The position numbers and the translations under genes are program-made. A DNA stretch of 26,157 bases from a virus (lineage: Duplodnaviria; Caudoviricetes): positions 1-26,157 of the IMG/VR virus record IMGVR_UViG_3300017766_001899. One strand, written 5' to 3'. This document shows positions 14,613 through 23,618 of this stretch, piece after piece (positions within the stretch are counted from its first letter, which is position 1; every line of letters begins with the position of its first letter). The notes below the pieces were generated by a model. That model searched no databases. It was not told the origin of the DNA and was given only the letters and a program-made list of their open reading frames with translations.

Positions 14613-15083
14613 GTGAGCGCTATTCGCAGTGCATCGGCTAGCTTCACGCGGCCCAGCAACACCACGGCATATGCCGCTGGCGATCTTGTGGCAAACAACA
14701 CCACCGCTGGCAGCGTAACGCCCATGACGTTCACCTTTCCAAGCGGGCGCCCCCTCTACCTCACGCATTTGAAGCTGCGGAAGACGCAGGACACTCTGAC
14801 CAGTGCGACCTTCCGTCTGTGGCTGATGACAGCATCACCCACGGTCACGAACGGCGATAACGGCGCGATTGCCGGGACGTTTCTATCTACCCTGATGTGC
14901 GAGCCCATCCAGATTGACGCCTTGGCGACCCTGACTGGTGGCGGCGCAATTGGATCTTCGCTGTTCACGCCCGGCCTGATCGCGCTTCCTCCTATTGCCT
15001 ACGGTCTTCTGGAGGCCACGGCCGCCTATTCGCCCGCCAGCGCTGAAGTCTTCACGGTCGAGCTGATCGGAGAGGGCCTGTGA
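14613..15083 (+). CDS. Putative virion accessory protein (beta-rich)
   Basis: FTRPSNTTAYAAGDLV motif, Thr/Ala/Gly-rich, GAGGA SD. Confidence 0.65.
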   Translation: MSAIRSASASFTRPSNTTAYAAGDLVANNTTAGSVTPMTFTFPSGRPLYLTHLKLRKTQDTLTSATFRLWLMTASPTVTNGDNGAIAGTFLSTLMCEPIQIDALATLTGGGAIGSSLFTPGLIALPPIAYGLLEATAAYSPASAEVFTVELIGEGL

Positions 15084-15607
15084 GGATCAACGGAAAGCCA
15101 GCAAGCGATGCTGGCGCGCTGACCGCGCTTGTTGCAGCCGATGGTTCAACTGGTGGGTTCATCAAGGATAGTCAGGCGGGAAACCTCCCTGCCACGGCCA
15201 CCAACGACAGTGCATCCGCCGGTAATGTTGGCGAATACATCGAGTCCATCATCCTCGCTGCTTCGCGGGTCACGCTCACCAGCGGCACACCAGCCGACAT
15301 TACCAGCATTTCCCTGACGGCTGGAGACTGGGACGTGTCCGGCCTGATGTGGCAGCAATTCGGAGCGGGCTCGACCTGCTCCTATATGGCCGTCTGGGTA
15401 TCCGCCACGTCCGCAACGATTCCCACAGCCCCGGCAGGCGGCCTGACTCAGCTGCAGGCGACGATTACGGGAAACAGCGCACTGGCCACTAGCGTCGCCC
15501 GCTTCAGCCTCGCCAACACAACTACGATTTACTTCAGCACCATTCAGGGTTTTGCCGTGAACCCCATCGGGGCCTACGGCATTCTCCGCGCCCGCAGGGT
15601 TCGCTGA
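15080..15607 (+). CDS. Putative fibre/spike C-terminal module protein
   Basis: TATNDSASAGNVGEYI...SISLTAGDWDVSG...ILRARRVR resembles C-terminal modules of phage fibre proteins. Confidence 0.6.
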   Translation: MRINGKPASDAGALTALVAADGSTGGFIKDSQAGNLPATATNDSASAGNVGEYIESIILAASRVTLTSGTPADITSISLTAGDWDVSGLMWQQFGAGSTCSYMAVWVSATSATIPTAPAGGLTQLQATITGNSALATSVARFSLANTTTIYFSTIQGFAVNPIGAYGILRARRVR

Positions 15608-15669
15608 TGAACATCATCGTCACCTGCGCGGAGGCATTCTCCCGCTTCATCCGCTGGTGTGAGCGTTGA
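15607..15669 (+). CDS. 20-aa micro-ORF bridging two genes
   Basis: MNIIVTCAEAFSRFIRWCER, with a TGATG overlap upstream and a TTGA overlap downstream. Confidence 0.45.
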   Translation: MNIIVTCAEAFSRFIRWCER

Positions 15670-16559
15670 GCGTTGCCCGCACAGGCGCAGCGCTGCTGGC
15701 GTGCCTGCTGATCTCCTGCGGCGGTGGAGGCTCTGTCTCAACCGCGCTCGATCCGCCCGCCCAAGGACAAAGCCCGCCACCAGCCCCGCCGCCCCCAGCG
15801 ATCAGGGCAGAGACGCTTCCGGTGGCTGGCAACTTCACGCCTGCCTTTGACGCAGAGATTACCCGCCTCTGCGCGACGCCGAACGACCGCATTCTAGACC
15901 TGACGGCAGGGCGCTACGAGTTCCAGACCCCGCCGCGTCCCATCCCGTGCGCCGTTGTTCTCCAAGGGCAGGGAATAGGCGCAACCTACATCGTCCGCAC
16001 ATTCTCGGGCGCCAACCTCTTCGAGTGGAGCCGGGGCACGGACCACGGCGGCGGCGGCATCAAGGACGCCTCCATTGCCAGCGCCCAGAATGCTACGGGC
16101 GGGGCGGCTATCAAGCTCACGGCCACGCCTGACACCGACGCAAGCGTCAACTATTTCAACCGCCATTCCTTCATTGCCCAGAACCTTCAGATCGGGCGGG
16201 AGAGCGGGATCAACTCAAACTGGGAATATGGCATCTGGCTAGACGGCAGCCGCAACCCCGAGAACCAGAACGGCATAGCGCCTGGCATTCGCAGCGTTGC
16301 AATCCGCAACGTGACGGTCTCAGGCACGCGCACGGCCTCGGCCCTGCTCGACAAGGCCAAGGGCTCGAACATCGAACTGGACTGCTACATCGCGCTAGAT
16401 GGGTCCCTGCAGGGCATCATCATCCAGAACATCTCGGAAGGCACGCGGATCGAAAGCCGCAACTGCCTCTATCAGATGGATGACAGCTCTAGCTGGGTCC
16501 AGCTCAACGGCACACGCACCGAGGCCAAGGCCGGCAACCCCACGCTTCTGCCGAGCTGA
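15666..16559 (+). CDS. Predicted lipoprotein with pectate-lyase-like beta-helix domain
   Basis: Signal peptide with lipobox LLISC-GGGG and Pro-rich linker, then LTAGRYEF...VVLQGQGIGATYI and Asn/Ile-rich beta repeats. Confidence 0.7.
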   Translation: MSVARTGAALLACLLISCGGGGSVSTALDPPAQGQSPPPAPPPPAIRAETLPVAGNFTPAFDAEITRLCATPNDRILDLTAGRYEFQTPPRPIPCAVVLQGQGIGATYIVRTFSGANLFEWSRGTDHGGGGIKDASIASAQNATGGAAIKLTATPDTDASVNYFNRHSFIAQNLQIGRESGINSNWEYGIWLDGSRNPENQNGIAPGIRSVAIRNVTVSGTRTASALLDKAKGSNIELDCYIALDGSLQGIIIQNISEGTRIESRNCLYQMDDSSSWVQLNGTRTEAKAGNPTLLPS

Positions 16560-16634
16560 CACGCACAAGAGACCTTCACGACCCACAGCGCTCGTGGGTG
16601 TTTGAGCGCCTGAACCCCCAGGAAGGATACCTCT

Positions 16635-17141
16635 ATGCCCGCCCGTCGCCAGCATCTAGCCCGCAATAACGAGGTCCTGACCGGGCTCTCGCAGATGACG
16701 CCCACCGCCGCCCGCGCTCTTGGAGCCGCCGTCAGCGAGAACGCCAACACCATGTACTGGACGACATACGTCGCCACTGTCACCGTCGCAAACGGCGCCA
16801 CGACCGGCAAGGAAGCTGCTATCGGGATGCCGACCCACTTTCACCCCGTCGCCATGGCGATTCACTGCACGGTCGCTGCAACAAACGCCTGTTCGCTAAC
16901 GGACGTTGGCGATGATGCTGACACCGACAGCTATTGCGATGGCATCGTCACCAACGACCTGACTTCCACGGGCTTCAAGGGCATCGTCGGCTGCAACGGC
17001 GTCCGTGGCAACGGCGATATCACCGGCGGCGTTCAGGTCGCCACCACCACGGCGGATGAAGTCGAGATTGTCGTCTCAGCCGACCCTGGCGCCACGGGCG
17101 TTACGGTTCGCCTGACCTTCTTCGGCATCCAGGCCGCCTAA
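16635..17141 (+). CDS. Putative virion/capsid decoration-like protein
   Basis: Thr/Ala/Val-rich beta protein with VGDDADTDSY motif, GGAAGGA SD. Confidence 0.55.
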   Translation: MPARRQHLARNNEVLTGLSQMTPTAARALGAAVSENANTMYWTTYVATVTVANGATTGKEAAIGMPTHFHPVAMAIHCTVAATNACSLTDVGDDADTDSYCDGIVTNDLTSTGFKGIVGCNGVRGNGDITGGVQVATTTADEVEIVVSADPGATGVTVRLTFFGIQAA

Positions 17142-17515
17142 TGGCATACGTCCGCCCCATCATCCGCGTTCGCGAAAACAACCGGTTCATCGACCGTGGT
17201 TGCTATTTCGACGCGGAGATGGGGCGGCATGTCCTGCAAGCCACCGACCTTGAAACCCTCAAGGTCACGCTGGACTATACCGACATCCTCGACAGTGCGA
17301 CGATCACCGTCACCACAAACGCCAACGGGCTCACGGTATCCTCATCCGTGTCGGGCGGGGTCGTGACCCTCACCCTTTCAGCCGTGGCCTCTGCGGGAGA
17401 CCTTGACGTCACCACCACGTTCTCGGACGGTCGGATCAGACAAGACTTCCTCCGGGTCAAAGACCCGTCAGGCTGGGCGCGTGACGATTACGGCCTGGTC
17501 GCGGTGAACACATGA
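17141..17515 (+). CDS. Putative fibre-adaptor (Ig-like) virion protein
   Basis: TLDYTDILDSATIT...GLTVSS...VTLTLS...TTTFSDGR pattern, TAATG coupling. Confidence 0.6.
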   Translation: MAYVRPIIRVRENNRFIDRGCYFDAEMGRHVLQATDLETLKVTLDYTDILDSATITVTTNANGLTVSSSVSGGVVTLTLSAVASAGDLDVTTTFSDGRIRQDFLRVKDPSGWARDDYGLVAVNT

Positions 17516-17751
17516 GCGATTTTCTCAAGGAACTCGAAGCCAAAGCCTACGCCCTCGTCTCGGACGAGATCACCCTCGACCTGTTCAAAGCATGGTATGT
17601 CGGAGCCGCCGCCAAGCGCTCGCAGCCCCAACCCGAGCCCACAAAGCGCAAGGACGGCGAGTTCTCAGACTATTACCAATCCCCCTATGAGCCGATGGAC
17701 GATGATATGCGAGCCCATCATCGCAAGCTCATGGGCGAAGGTGACCAGTGA
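17512..17751 (+). CDS. Hypothetical protein
   Basis: ORF track, 4-nt overlaps on both sides. Confidence 0.7.
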   Translation: MSDFLKELEAKAYALVSDEITLDLFKAWYVGAAAKRSQPQPEPTKRKDGEFSDYYQSPYEPMDDDMRAHHRKLMGEGDQ

Positions 17752-17951
17752 CCCGCCGCGTCTTCGTCACCCTCACCGATGAACAAGCCGAACAGCTTTC
17801 ATGGCTGGCCGATCACTACGACTGCGACGTAACCGAACTCACCCACGAACTCCTCATAGACAGCATCCAGTTCTGCCAAGCCCAAATAGAGGCTGAAGCC
17901 TGCGAGCAGATCAGAATGCTCATGGACGCGCCGGCGATGGGAAGGGCCTAG
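17748..17951 (+). CDS. Putative ribbon-helix-helix DNA-binding protein
   Basis: TRRVFVTLTDEQAEQLSWLA...VTELTHELL fits the RHH pattern. Confidence 0.55.
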   Translation: MTRRVFVTLTDEQAEQLSWLADHYDCDVTELTHELLIDSIQFCQAQIEAEACEQIRMLMDAPAMGRA

Positions 17952-18091
17952 CAGGAGCAATCTTGCTCAATACGCGCTCCAACGCCGCGCAGACGATTCA
18001 TCCATTCCAATAATCAGCGTTCAGGTATCGCCCAAGCGCGGGCTGAGACCTGGAGACGAGCAAGATTGTTGCATACGAGTGAGAAAACGCC

Positions 18092-18607
18092 GTGCCAGCA
18101 CCCGAAGGAAACCAGTTCTGGAAGGCCCGCAGTTCACACGGCCGCAAGCCGATCTTCGCCAACCCCGAGGAACTGCAGGAAGCCTGTCTGGAGTACATCG
18201 ACTGGGTTGAGGCAAACCCGCTCTACAGCACGGAGCTGACGACTTACCAAGGAGCCAGCAAGCTTGAGCAGGTTCCCAAGATGCGCCCGATGACAATCAG
18301 CGGGCTCTGCATCTTCCTCGATATAGATCAAACGACATGGCGCGAGTACGCCCGCAAAGATGGTTTTTCCAGCGTCACAACGCGCGTGGAAGAGATTATC
18401 CGCACCCAGAAGTTCGAAGGTGCGGCCTCAGGCTTCCTGAACCCCAACATCATCGCCCGCGATCTGGGCCTAGCAGAGAAGATCGATGCCGAGCATTCGG
18501 GCAAAGGCGGCGGCCCTATCGCAACCACGTCAATCGACGCCAAGAAGCTCAGCAAAGCCCAAGTCGAAGCGCTCGCAACAATCCGTCTACCAACCGACAG
18601 TCGCTGA
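18092..18607 (+). CDS. terS: Terminase small subunit, P22 gp3 family
   Basis: APEGNQFWKARSSHGRKP...WVEANPL...KMRPMTISGL...QKFEGAA...LNPNIIARDLGL closely follows P22 gp3. Confidence 0.93.
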   Translation: MPAPEGNQFWKARSSHGRKPIFANPEELQEACLEYIDWVEANPLYSTELTTYQGASKLEQVPKMRPMTISGLCIFLDIDQTTWREYARKDGFSSVTTRVEEIIRTQKFEGAASGFLNPNIIARDLGLAEKIDAEHSGKGGGPIATTSIDAKKLSKAQVEALATIRLPTDSR

Positions 18608-20120
18608 CGTTCTCGCGGCCAGACAGCATCTGGCCCGTGAAGACGTCAAATGGTTCGCCCGGATGGTCGATATCCCGACTGTCCCGGTTTCGGCTGATGT
18701 GGAGGAAGACCGGTTCGAAACGCTGGCCATCGACGCGCTCGCGCTTCATCACGATATCCTGCTGGACAAGCTGCAGGCTCTGGCTGACGGATCAATCAGG
18801 AACCTCATGGTCCTGATGCCGCCGGGCTCGGCCAAGTCCACGTATGTCGATGTGGTCTTTGTCCCGTGGTTCATGGCGCGCGAGACCCGCCGCAACGTGA
18901 TCCTGACGAGCTACGGCTCGGACCTTGCGAGGAAGCAGGGCAGGCGAGCCAGACAACTTGTGCGGTCCAAGAGCTTCGGGAACCTGTTTCCTGGCGTCAC
19001 TGTCTCGCAGGATTCGAGCGCGGCCGATGAGTGGAGCCTGACGAATGGCTCTGAATACATGGCAGGCGGCATCCTGTCGGGTGTGACCGGCAACCGCGCT
19101 GACCTGCTTGTGGTGGACGATCCAGTCAAGGGCCGCGAGGAAGCAGAAAGCGAGACGATCCGCAAGAAGACGCGGGACGCCTACATTGACGACCTGCAGA
19201 CCCGCCTCAAGCCGGGCGGGCGGACAATCATCATCCAGACCCGCTGGCACGCTGACGACTTGGCCGGCGGCATCCTGCCCGAGAACTGGTCAGGCGAAAG
19301 CGGCATGATCCGCTGCAGGGACGGTCAGGACTGGTATGTCCTGGCTATCCCCGCGAAAGCCACGAAGCACGGCGATCCGCTTGGGCGGAAGATTGGCGAA
19401 TACCTCTGGCCGGAATGGTTCGGGCCTGATCACTGGGCGAAGTTCGAAGCCAACGCGCGCACATGGTCGAGCCTGTTCCAGCAGGTTCCGTCACCTGAAG
19501 AAGGCACCTTCTTCCAGCGCGGCTGGTTCAAGCGGCATTCACGGCGCCCCGAGGTCTACAACGTCTACATCACCAGCGATTACGCGGTGACGGAAGGCGG
19601 GGGCGACTACACGGAACATGCGGTCTGGGGCCTGGACCCTGATGACCGGCTGTTCGCACTGGACTGGTGGCACGGCCAGACGAGTTCGGACATCTGGATT
19701 GAGCGCCTGCTTGATCTGGTGGACCGCTGGAAGCCGCTCTGTGTGTTCGGTGAAAAGGGCGTGATCGAGAAGGCCATCCGGCCGCAGCTTGAACGCCGCA
19801 TGATGGAACGCAAGGTTTATTCGCGGATGGAATGGCTGCCCTCGATTGCCGACAAGGCGACGCGGGCGCGCTCGTTCCAGTCCCGCGCGGCGATGGGGCT
19901 TGTGTCCCTGCCTGAGACTGAAGACGGAGAGCGCGTATTGTCGCAACTGCTGACCTTCCCGGCTGGCAAGCATGATGACGCCGTTGACGTGTGTTCCCTC
20001 ATGGGCGCCGCGATTGATCAGGCGCATTCGGCTATCGCCAAGCCTGACACAGCACGCTCGCGCGGCAACTCCGGCTATGCGCCGGCCAATTCTGGCGGGG
20101 GCGCTTCGTGGAGGATCTGA
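18486..20120 (+). CDS. terL: Terminase large subunit (start uncertain)
   Basis: Walker A MPPGSAKST, Walker B LLVVDDP, IIIQTRWH coupling motif, nuclease motifs ITSD, GDYT and FPAGKHDDAVD. Confidence 0.95.
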   Translation: MPSIRAKAAALSQPRQSTPRSSAKPKSKRSQQSVYQPTVADVLAARQHLAREDVKWFARMVDIPTVPVSADVEEDRFETLAIDALALHHDILLDKLQALADGSIRNLMVLMPPGSAKSTYVDVVFVPWFMARETRRNVILTSYGSDLARKQGRRARQLVRSKSFGNLFPGVTVSQDSSAADEWSLTNGSEYMAGGILSGVTGNRADLLVVDDPVKGREEAESETIRKKTRDAYIDDLQTRLKPGGRTIIIQTRWHADDLAGGILPENWSGESGMIRCRDGQDWYVLAIPAKATKHGDPLGRKIGEYLWPEWFGPDHWAKFEANARTWSSLFQQVPSPEEGTFFQRGWFKRHSRRPEVYNVYITSDYAVTEGGGDYTEHAVWGLDPDDRLFALDWWHGQTSSDIWIERLLDLVDRWKPLCVFGEKGVIEKAIRPQLERRMMERKVYSRMEWLPSIADKATRARSFQSRAAMGLVSLPETEDGERVLSQLLTFPAGKHDDAVDVCSLMGAAIDQAHSAIAKPDTARSRGNSGYAPANSGGGASWRI

Positions 20121-22315
20121 AGCCCGCACAAGCGGAAGCCCAGCCCGAAGAGTTCAAGGGCAAAGGCATCGAAGCCTACAAGCGCATGTTCTCGCGGGCC
20201 GAGGAAGCCTGCACGGAAGCGCGCAAGCTGGCCCACCGCGACCGCGACTGGCACGACAACTTCAACGATGACCAGTGGGACGGCGAAGAGAAGAAGGTTC
20301 TCACCCAGCGCCGACAGCCGATTGTCACGTCCAACCGCATCAAGCGGAAAGTCGGGTTCATCTGCGGCATGGAGCAGAGACAGCGGAGCGATCCCAAGGC
20401 GTTCCCGAGGAACCCGGAAGACACCGACAGCGCCGATATCGTCACGCAGGTACTGGACTTCATCGAGACAGAAACCCGGTTCGACAACATCGCGAGCCAA
20501 GCCTTCCGCGACATGGCCATCGAGGGCATTGAAGCCTGCGAGGTCATCGTCAAGGATGGCGACCAGATCGAGGTCAATCAGCTTCAGTACGACGGGTTCT
20601 TCTATGATCCACGGTCGAAGAAGCGGGACTTCTCGGACGCCAGATACCTCGGCTATCAGGACTGGTTCGATGAAGACGACGCCTTCGATATGTTCCGCCA
20701 GCGCGCGGAAGACCCGAAGGAGCAGGAAAAGCTCGACCTGGAACTGCGCTCCAAGCTGGAATCCAGCTACGAGGAAGGCGCGCAGGACGAGGGATACGAA
20801 GACAAGCCCTATTCGATGTGGGGCGATGAAGACCGCAAGCGCATCCGCATTGCCTGCATGTACTTCAAGGGCGAGCGCGGCGTCTGGTGCTATGTCTACT
20901 TCACCGGCGGCGGCATCCTGAAAGAAGGCGTCAGCCCGTATCTGGACGACAAGGGCCAGCCTGACTGCGCCATCATCGCGGCAAGCTGCTATATCACCCG
21001 CAAGAACGAGCGCTTCGGCATTGTGCGGGAGATGATCAGCCCGCAGAGCGAGATGAACTACCGCCGCTCCATGGCGCTGTTCCTCATCAAGCAGAAGCGC
21101 ATGTGGCAGCGCGCCAAGGGCATCCTGCCGGATGATGCAAGCGAGACGGTATCCCGTGCTGACGGCATCCTGACGGCCAATGGCGTGCAGGGTCAGGACT
21201 GGGGGTTTATCGACTCCGCACAGGAGATTGCCGAGAACTTCAACCTGCTGCAGGAGGCCAAGGGCGAAATCGACGTCCAGGGGCCGAACGCTGGCTTGCA
21301 GGGCAGGGGCACTGAGGATCAATCCGGCCGCGCCATCATTGCCCAGCAGCAAGCGGGCATGGCCGAAGAGAACGACATCTTCGACACGCACAACGACTGG
21401 AAGGCGCGGGTCTACCGGGCGAAGTGGTGCAGGGCCAAGCAGTTCTGGACGGAGCCCAAATATATCCGCATCACGGACGAAGAGAACGCGTTCAAGTTCA
21501 TCCATCTGAACCAGATGCAGCCTGTGGTTGACCCGATGACGGGCCAGCCGCAGATCGACCCCGCGACAGGTCAGCCAGCGATGCAGGCGGTTCCGGGGAC
21601 CGAACTGGCGCGGATGGACGCGGATATCATCCTGCAGCCCGCGCCCGACTCGATCACGCTCCAGCACGAAGAGTTCACGCAGCTTGCCGACATGGCGAAG
21701 TCCGGCGTCCCGATCCCGCCTGATGTGCTGCTCGAAGCCTCGCAGATCAGGGACAAGACCAAGCTCGCCAAGCGCATGAAGGAAGAGATGGGCTCACAGG
21801 CCAAGCTTCAGCAGGCAGGCCAGCAGATCGAACAACTGACGCAGATGCTGGAGCAGATGAAGCAGCAGCTTGAGCAGTCCGGCGGGACAGACAAGCAGAT
21901 GGAAATGGCCAAGCTCCAGATGGAGGCCCAGAAGGAACAGGGCAACGCGCAACTCAAGGCTGCGGAGCTGGAAATCAAGAAGGGCGAGCTGCAGCTGAAG
22001 GGTGAGGAAATCAACCTCAAGCGCGGCGAGCTTGGCATCAAGGCGAAGGAATCGGAACTGAAGCAGGCCGATCTGGCATTGCGCCAGATGGAGCTTCAGA
22101 CCACGACGCAGCTTCAGCGTGATCAGATGGCTCTGTCTCAGCAGCAGGCGGCGGAAACGCGGATGGCGCAGCAGCGACCGCAACCGCAACCAGAAGCCAA
22201 GCCCGACCGCACGTCAGACGCTCTGGGCAAGGGCCTCGAAGCGCTGGCCGCTGCAATGACCAAGCCGAAGTCAATCGTTCGCGGCCCTGATGGCCGAGCC
22301 ATAGGGGTTGAATAA
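20108..22315 (+). CDS. Portal protein, P22-like with long C-terminal coiled coil
   Basis: Follows terL, 735 aa. QW...RRQPIVTSNRI, SGRAI.AQQQ, Gln/Leu heptad C-terminus ending IVRGPDGRAIGVE. Confidence 0.9.
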   Translation: MEDLKPAQAEAQPEEFKGKGIEAYKRMFSRAEEACTEARKLAHRDRDWHDNFNDDQWDGEEKKVLTQRRQPIVTSNRIKRKVGFICGMEQRQRSDPKAFPRNPEDTDSADIVTQVLDFIETETRFDNIASQAFRDMAIEGIEACEVIVKDGDQIEVNQLQYDGFFYDPRSKKRDFSDARYLGYQDWFDEDDAFDMFRQRAEDPKEQEKLDLELRSKLESSYEEGAQDEGYEDKPYSMWGDEDRKRIRIACMYFKGERGVWCYVYFTGGGILKEGVSPYLDDKGQPDCAIIAASCYITRKNERFGIVREMISPQSEMNYRRSMALFLIKQKRMWQRAKGILPDDASETVSRADGILTANGVQGQDWGFIDSAQEIAENFNLLQEAKGEIDVQGPNAGLQGRGTEDQSGRAIIAQQQAGMAEENDIFDTHNDWKARVYRAKWCRAKQFWTEPKYIRITDEENAFKFIHLNQMQPVVDPMTGQPQIDPATGQPAMQAVPGTELARMDADIILQPAPDSITLQHEEFTQLADMAKSGVPIPPDVLLEASQIRDKTKLAKRMKEEMGSQAKLQQAGQQIEQLTQMLEQMKQQLEQSGGTDKQMEMAKLQMEAQKEQGNAQLKAAELEIKKGELQLKGEEINLKRGELGIKAKESELKQADLALRQMELQTTTQLQRDQMALSQQQAAETRMAQQRPQPQPEAKPDRTSDALGKGLEALAAAMTKPKSIVRGPDGRAIGVE

Positions 22316-22755
22316 TGTCAAAATCAAATACATGGGAGAACGAGCTTCTCCTCCTGGTCTTTAACAACACCGCCGCCGCGCTGATCGGTGACGCATCCGG
22401 CTTGCAGCCGTCGGCTACAGCTGGCTCGCTCTATGTCTCGCTGCACACGGGCGATCCGGGCGAGGCTGGCACGCAGACCACGAGCGAGTGCGCTTATGGC
22501 AGCTATGCGCGTGTGGCTGTTGCGCGTTCAGGCGCAGGCTGGACGGTGACTGGCAACGCGGTGACAAACGCTGCGCTTGTGCAGTTCCCGCAATGCACGA
22601 GCGGTTCCGAGACGGCGACATACTTCGCGATTGGCACGGCATCGTCTGGCGCGGGCAAGGTGCTCTATCGCGGCGCGCTGTCTGCCTCGCTGGCGATTTC
22701 GTCGGGTATTCAGCCGCAGTTCGGCGCGGGCGAGATTGACGGCACCGAGGACTGA
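22315..22755 (+). CDS. Putative virion fibre/appendage protein
   Basis: SNTWENELL...LYVSLHTGDPGEAGTQTTSE..YGSYARVAV...TNAALVQFP is a widespread phage structural family motif. TAATG coupling to the portal. Confidence 0.75.
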   Translation: MSKSNTWENELLLLVFNNTAAALIGDASGLQPSATAGSLYVSLHTGDPGEAGTQTTSECAYGSYARVAVARSGAGWTVTGNAVTNAALVQFPQCTSGSETATYFAIGTASSGAGKVLYRGALSASLAISSGIQPQFGAGEIDGTED

Positions 22756-23618
22756 TGACCGCCTTCCGCTCATTCAAGGAGCTGATCGACGCCGAAGAGG
22801 CTGGACAGGCCACGGTGTTCGGCTGGCGGAAAGTCCCGACGCAGACGACCGCATCGGGTATCTGGTTCGACCTGTCGATGAGCCCCGGCAATCCGGTTCC
22901 GAACTTCTACGCGGCGGCTCCGCTGATCGGGAAGGCGTTGGCGCAATCAACTGACGGCGGGCTGTTCCACGGGGCAGCGCCGGGCGGGACGAACACAAAA
23001 CACCTTCGCCGCATATTGGCGATGACGGTAACGACCACGGCGGTTCCGCTGCCCTGCATCCTCTGCGATTACCTGCTGTACTATCCGTTCGTTGATATGA
23101 GCGTCACGGACCTTCAGGAGATGGTCGTCGGTGACGCGCTGCCTCGCTATTCGACAGGCGCGGGTGTGCGGATCATGGCGGTTGAGGTGGCCTCTCAGAT
23201 CGGCGGGGTGAGCTTCAACGTCACCTATACCAATTCGGACGGCGTTGCGGGCAGGGTAACGCCCAACGTGACCTGCAACACGCAGACGGTGAACGGGACG
23301 ATCATCACCACGGCGCCTGCGACGGTTGGATGCGCAGGGCCGTTCCTGCCGCTCCAGGCTGGCGATAGCGGCGTGCGCTCGATTGAAAGCTGCACGTTCA
23401 TCACGGGCGACGTGGGGCTGATCACGCTGGTGCTTGTGAAGCCGCTGGCCTCGTTCTCGATCTACGACATTACAGCGCCTGTTGAGCGCGACATGATCCT
23501 CGACGGCGTTCAGCTACCCCAGATCAAAGACGACGCTTACCTCAATCTGATCTGCTACCCGAGTGGCACACTGGCCAGCGCGCAGATCATGGGCACAATA
23601 GAAACGGTCTGGAACTGA
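22755..23618 (+). CDS. Putative virion structural protein (paralog of the next gene)
   Basis: LCDYL, LPRYSTGAGV, YTNSDG, GPFLPLQAGDSGVRS, LVKPL. TGATG coupling. Confidence 0.75.
   Translation: MTAFRSFKELIDAEEAGQATVFGWRKVPTQTTASGIWFDLSMSPGNPVPNFYAAAPLIGKALAQSTDGGLFHGAAPGGTNTKHLRRILAMTVTTTAVPLPCILCDYLLYYPFVDMSVTDLQEMVVGDALPRYSTGAGVRIMAVEVASQIGGVSFNVTYTNSDGVAGRVTPNVTCNTQTVNGTIITTAPATVGCAGPFLPLQAGDSGVRSIESCTFITGDVGLITLVLVKPLASFSIYDITAPVERDMILDGVQLPQIKDDAYLNLICYPSGTLASAQIMGTIETVWN

Noticed and set aside
18350-18385. pac site at the position equivalent to the P22 pac within terS
   Set aside because: Only positional analogy. It needs read-terminus mapping.
20075-21667. 530-aa minus-strand ORF
   Set aside because: Antisense shadow of the portal gene, expected in GC-rich coding DNA.
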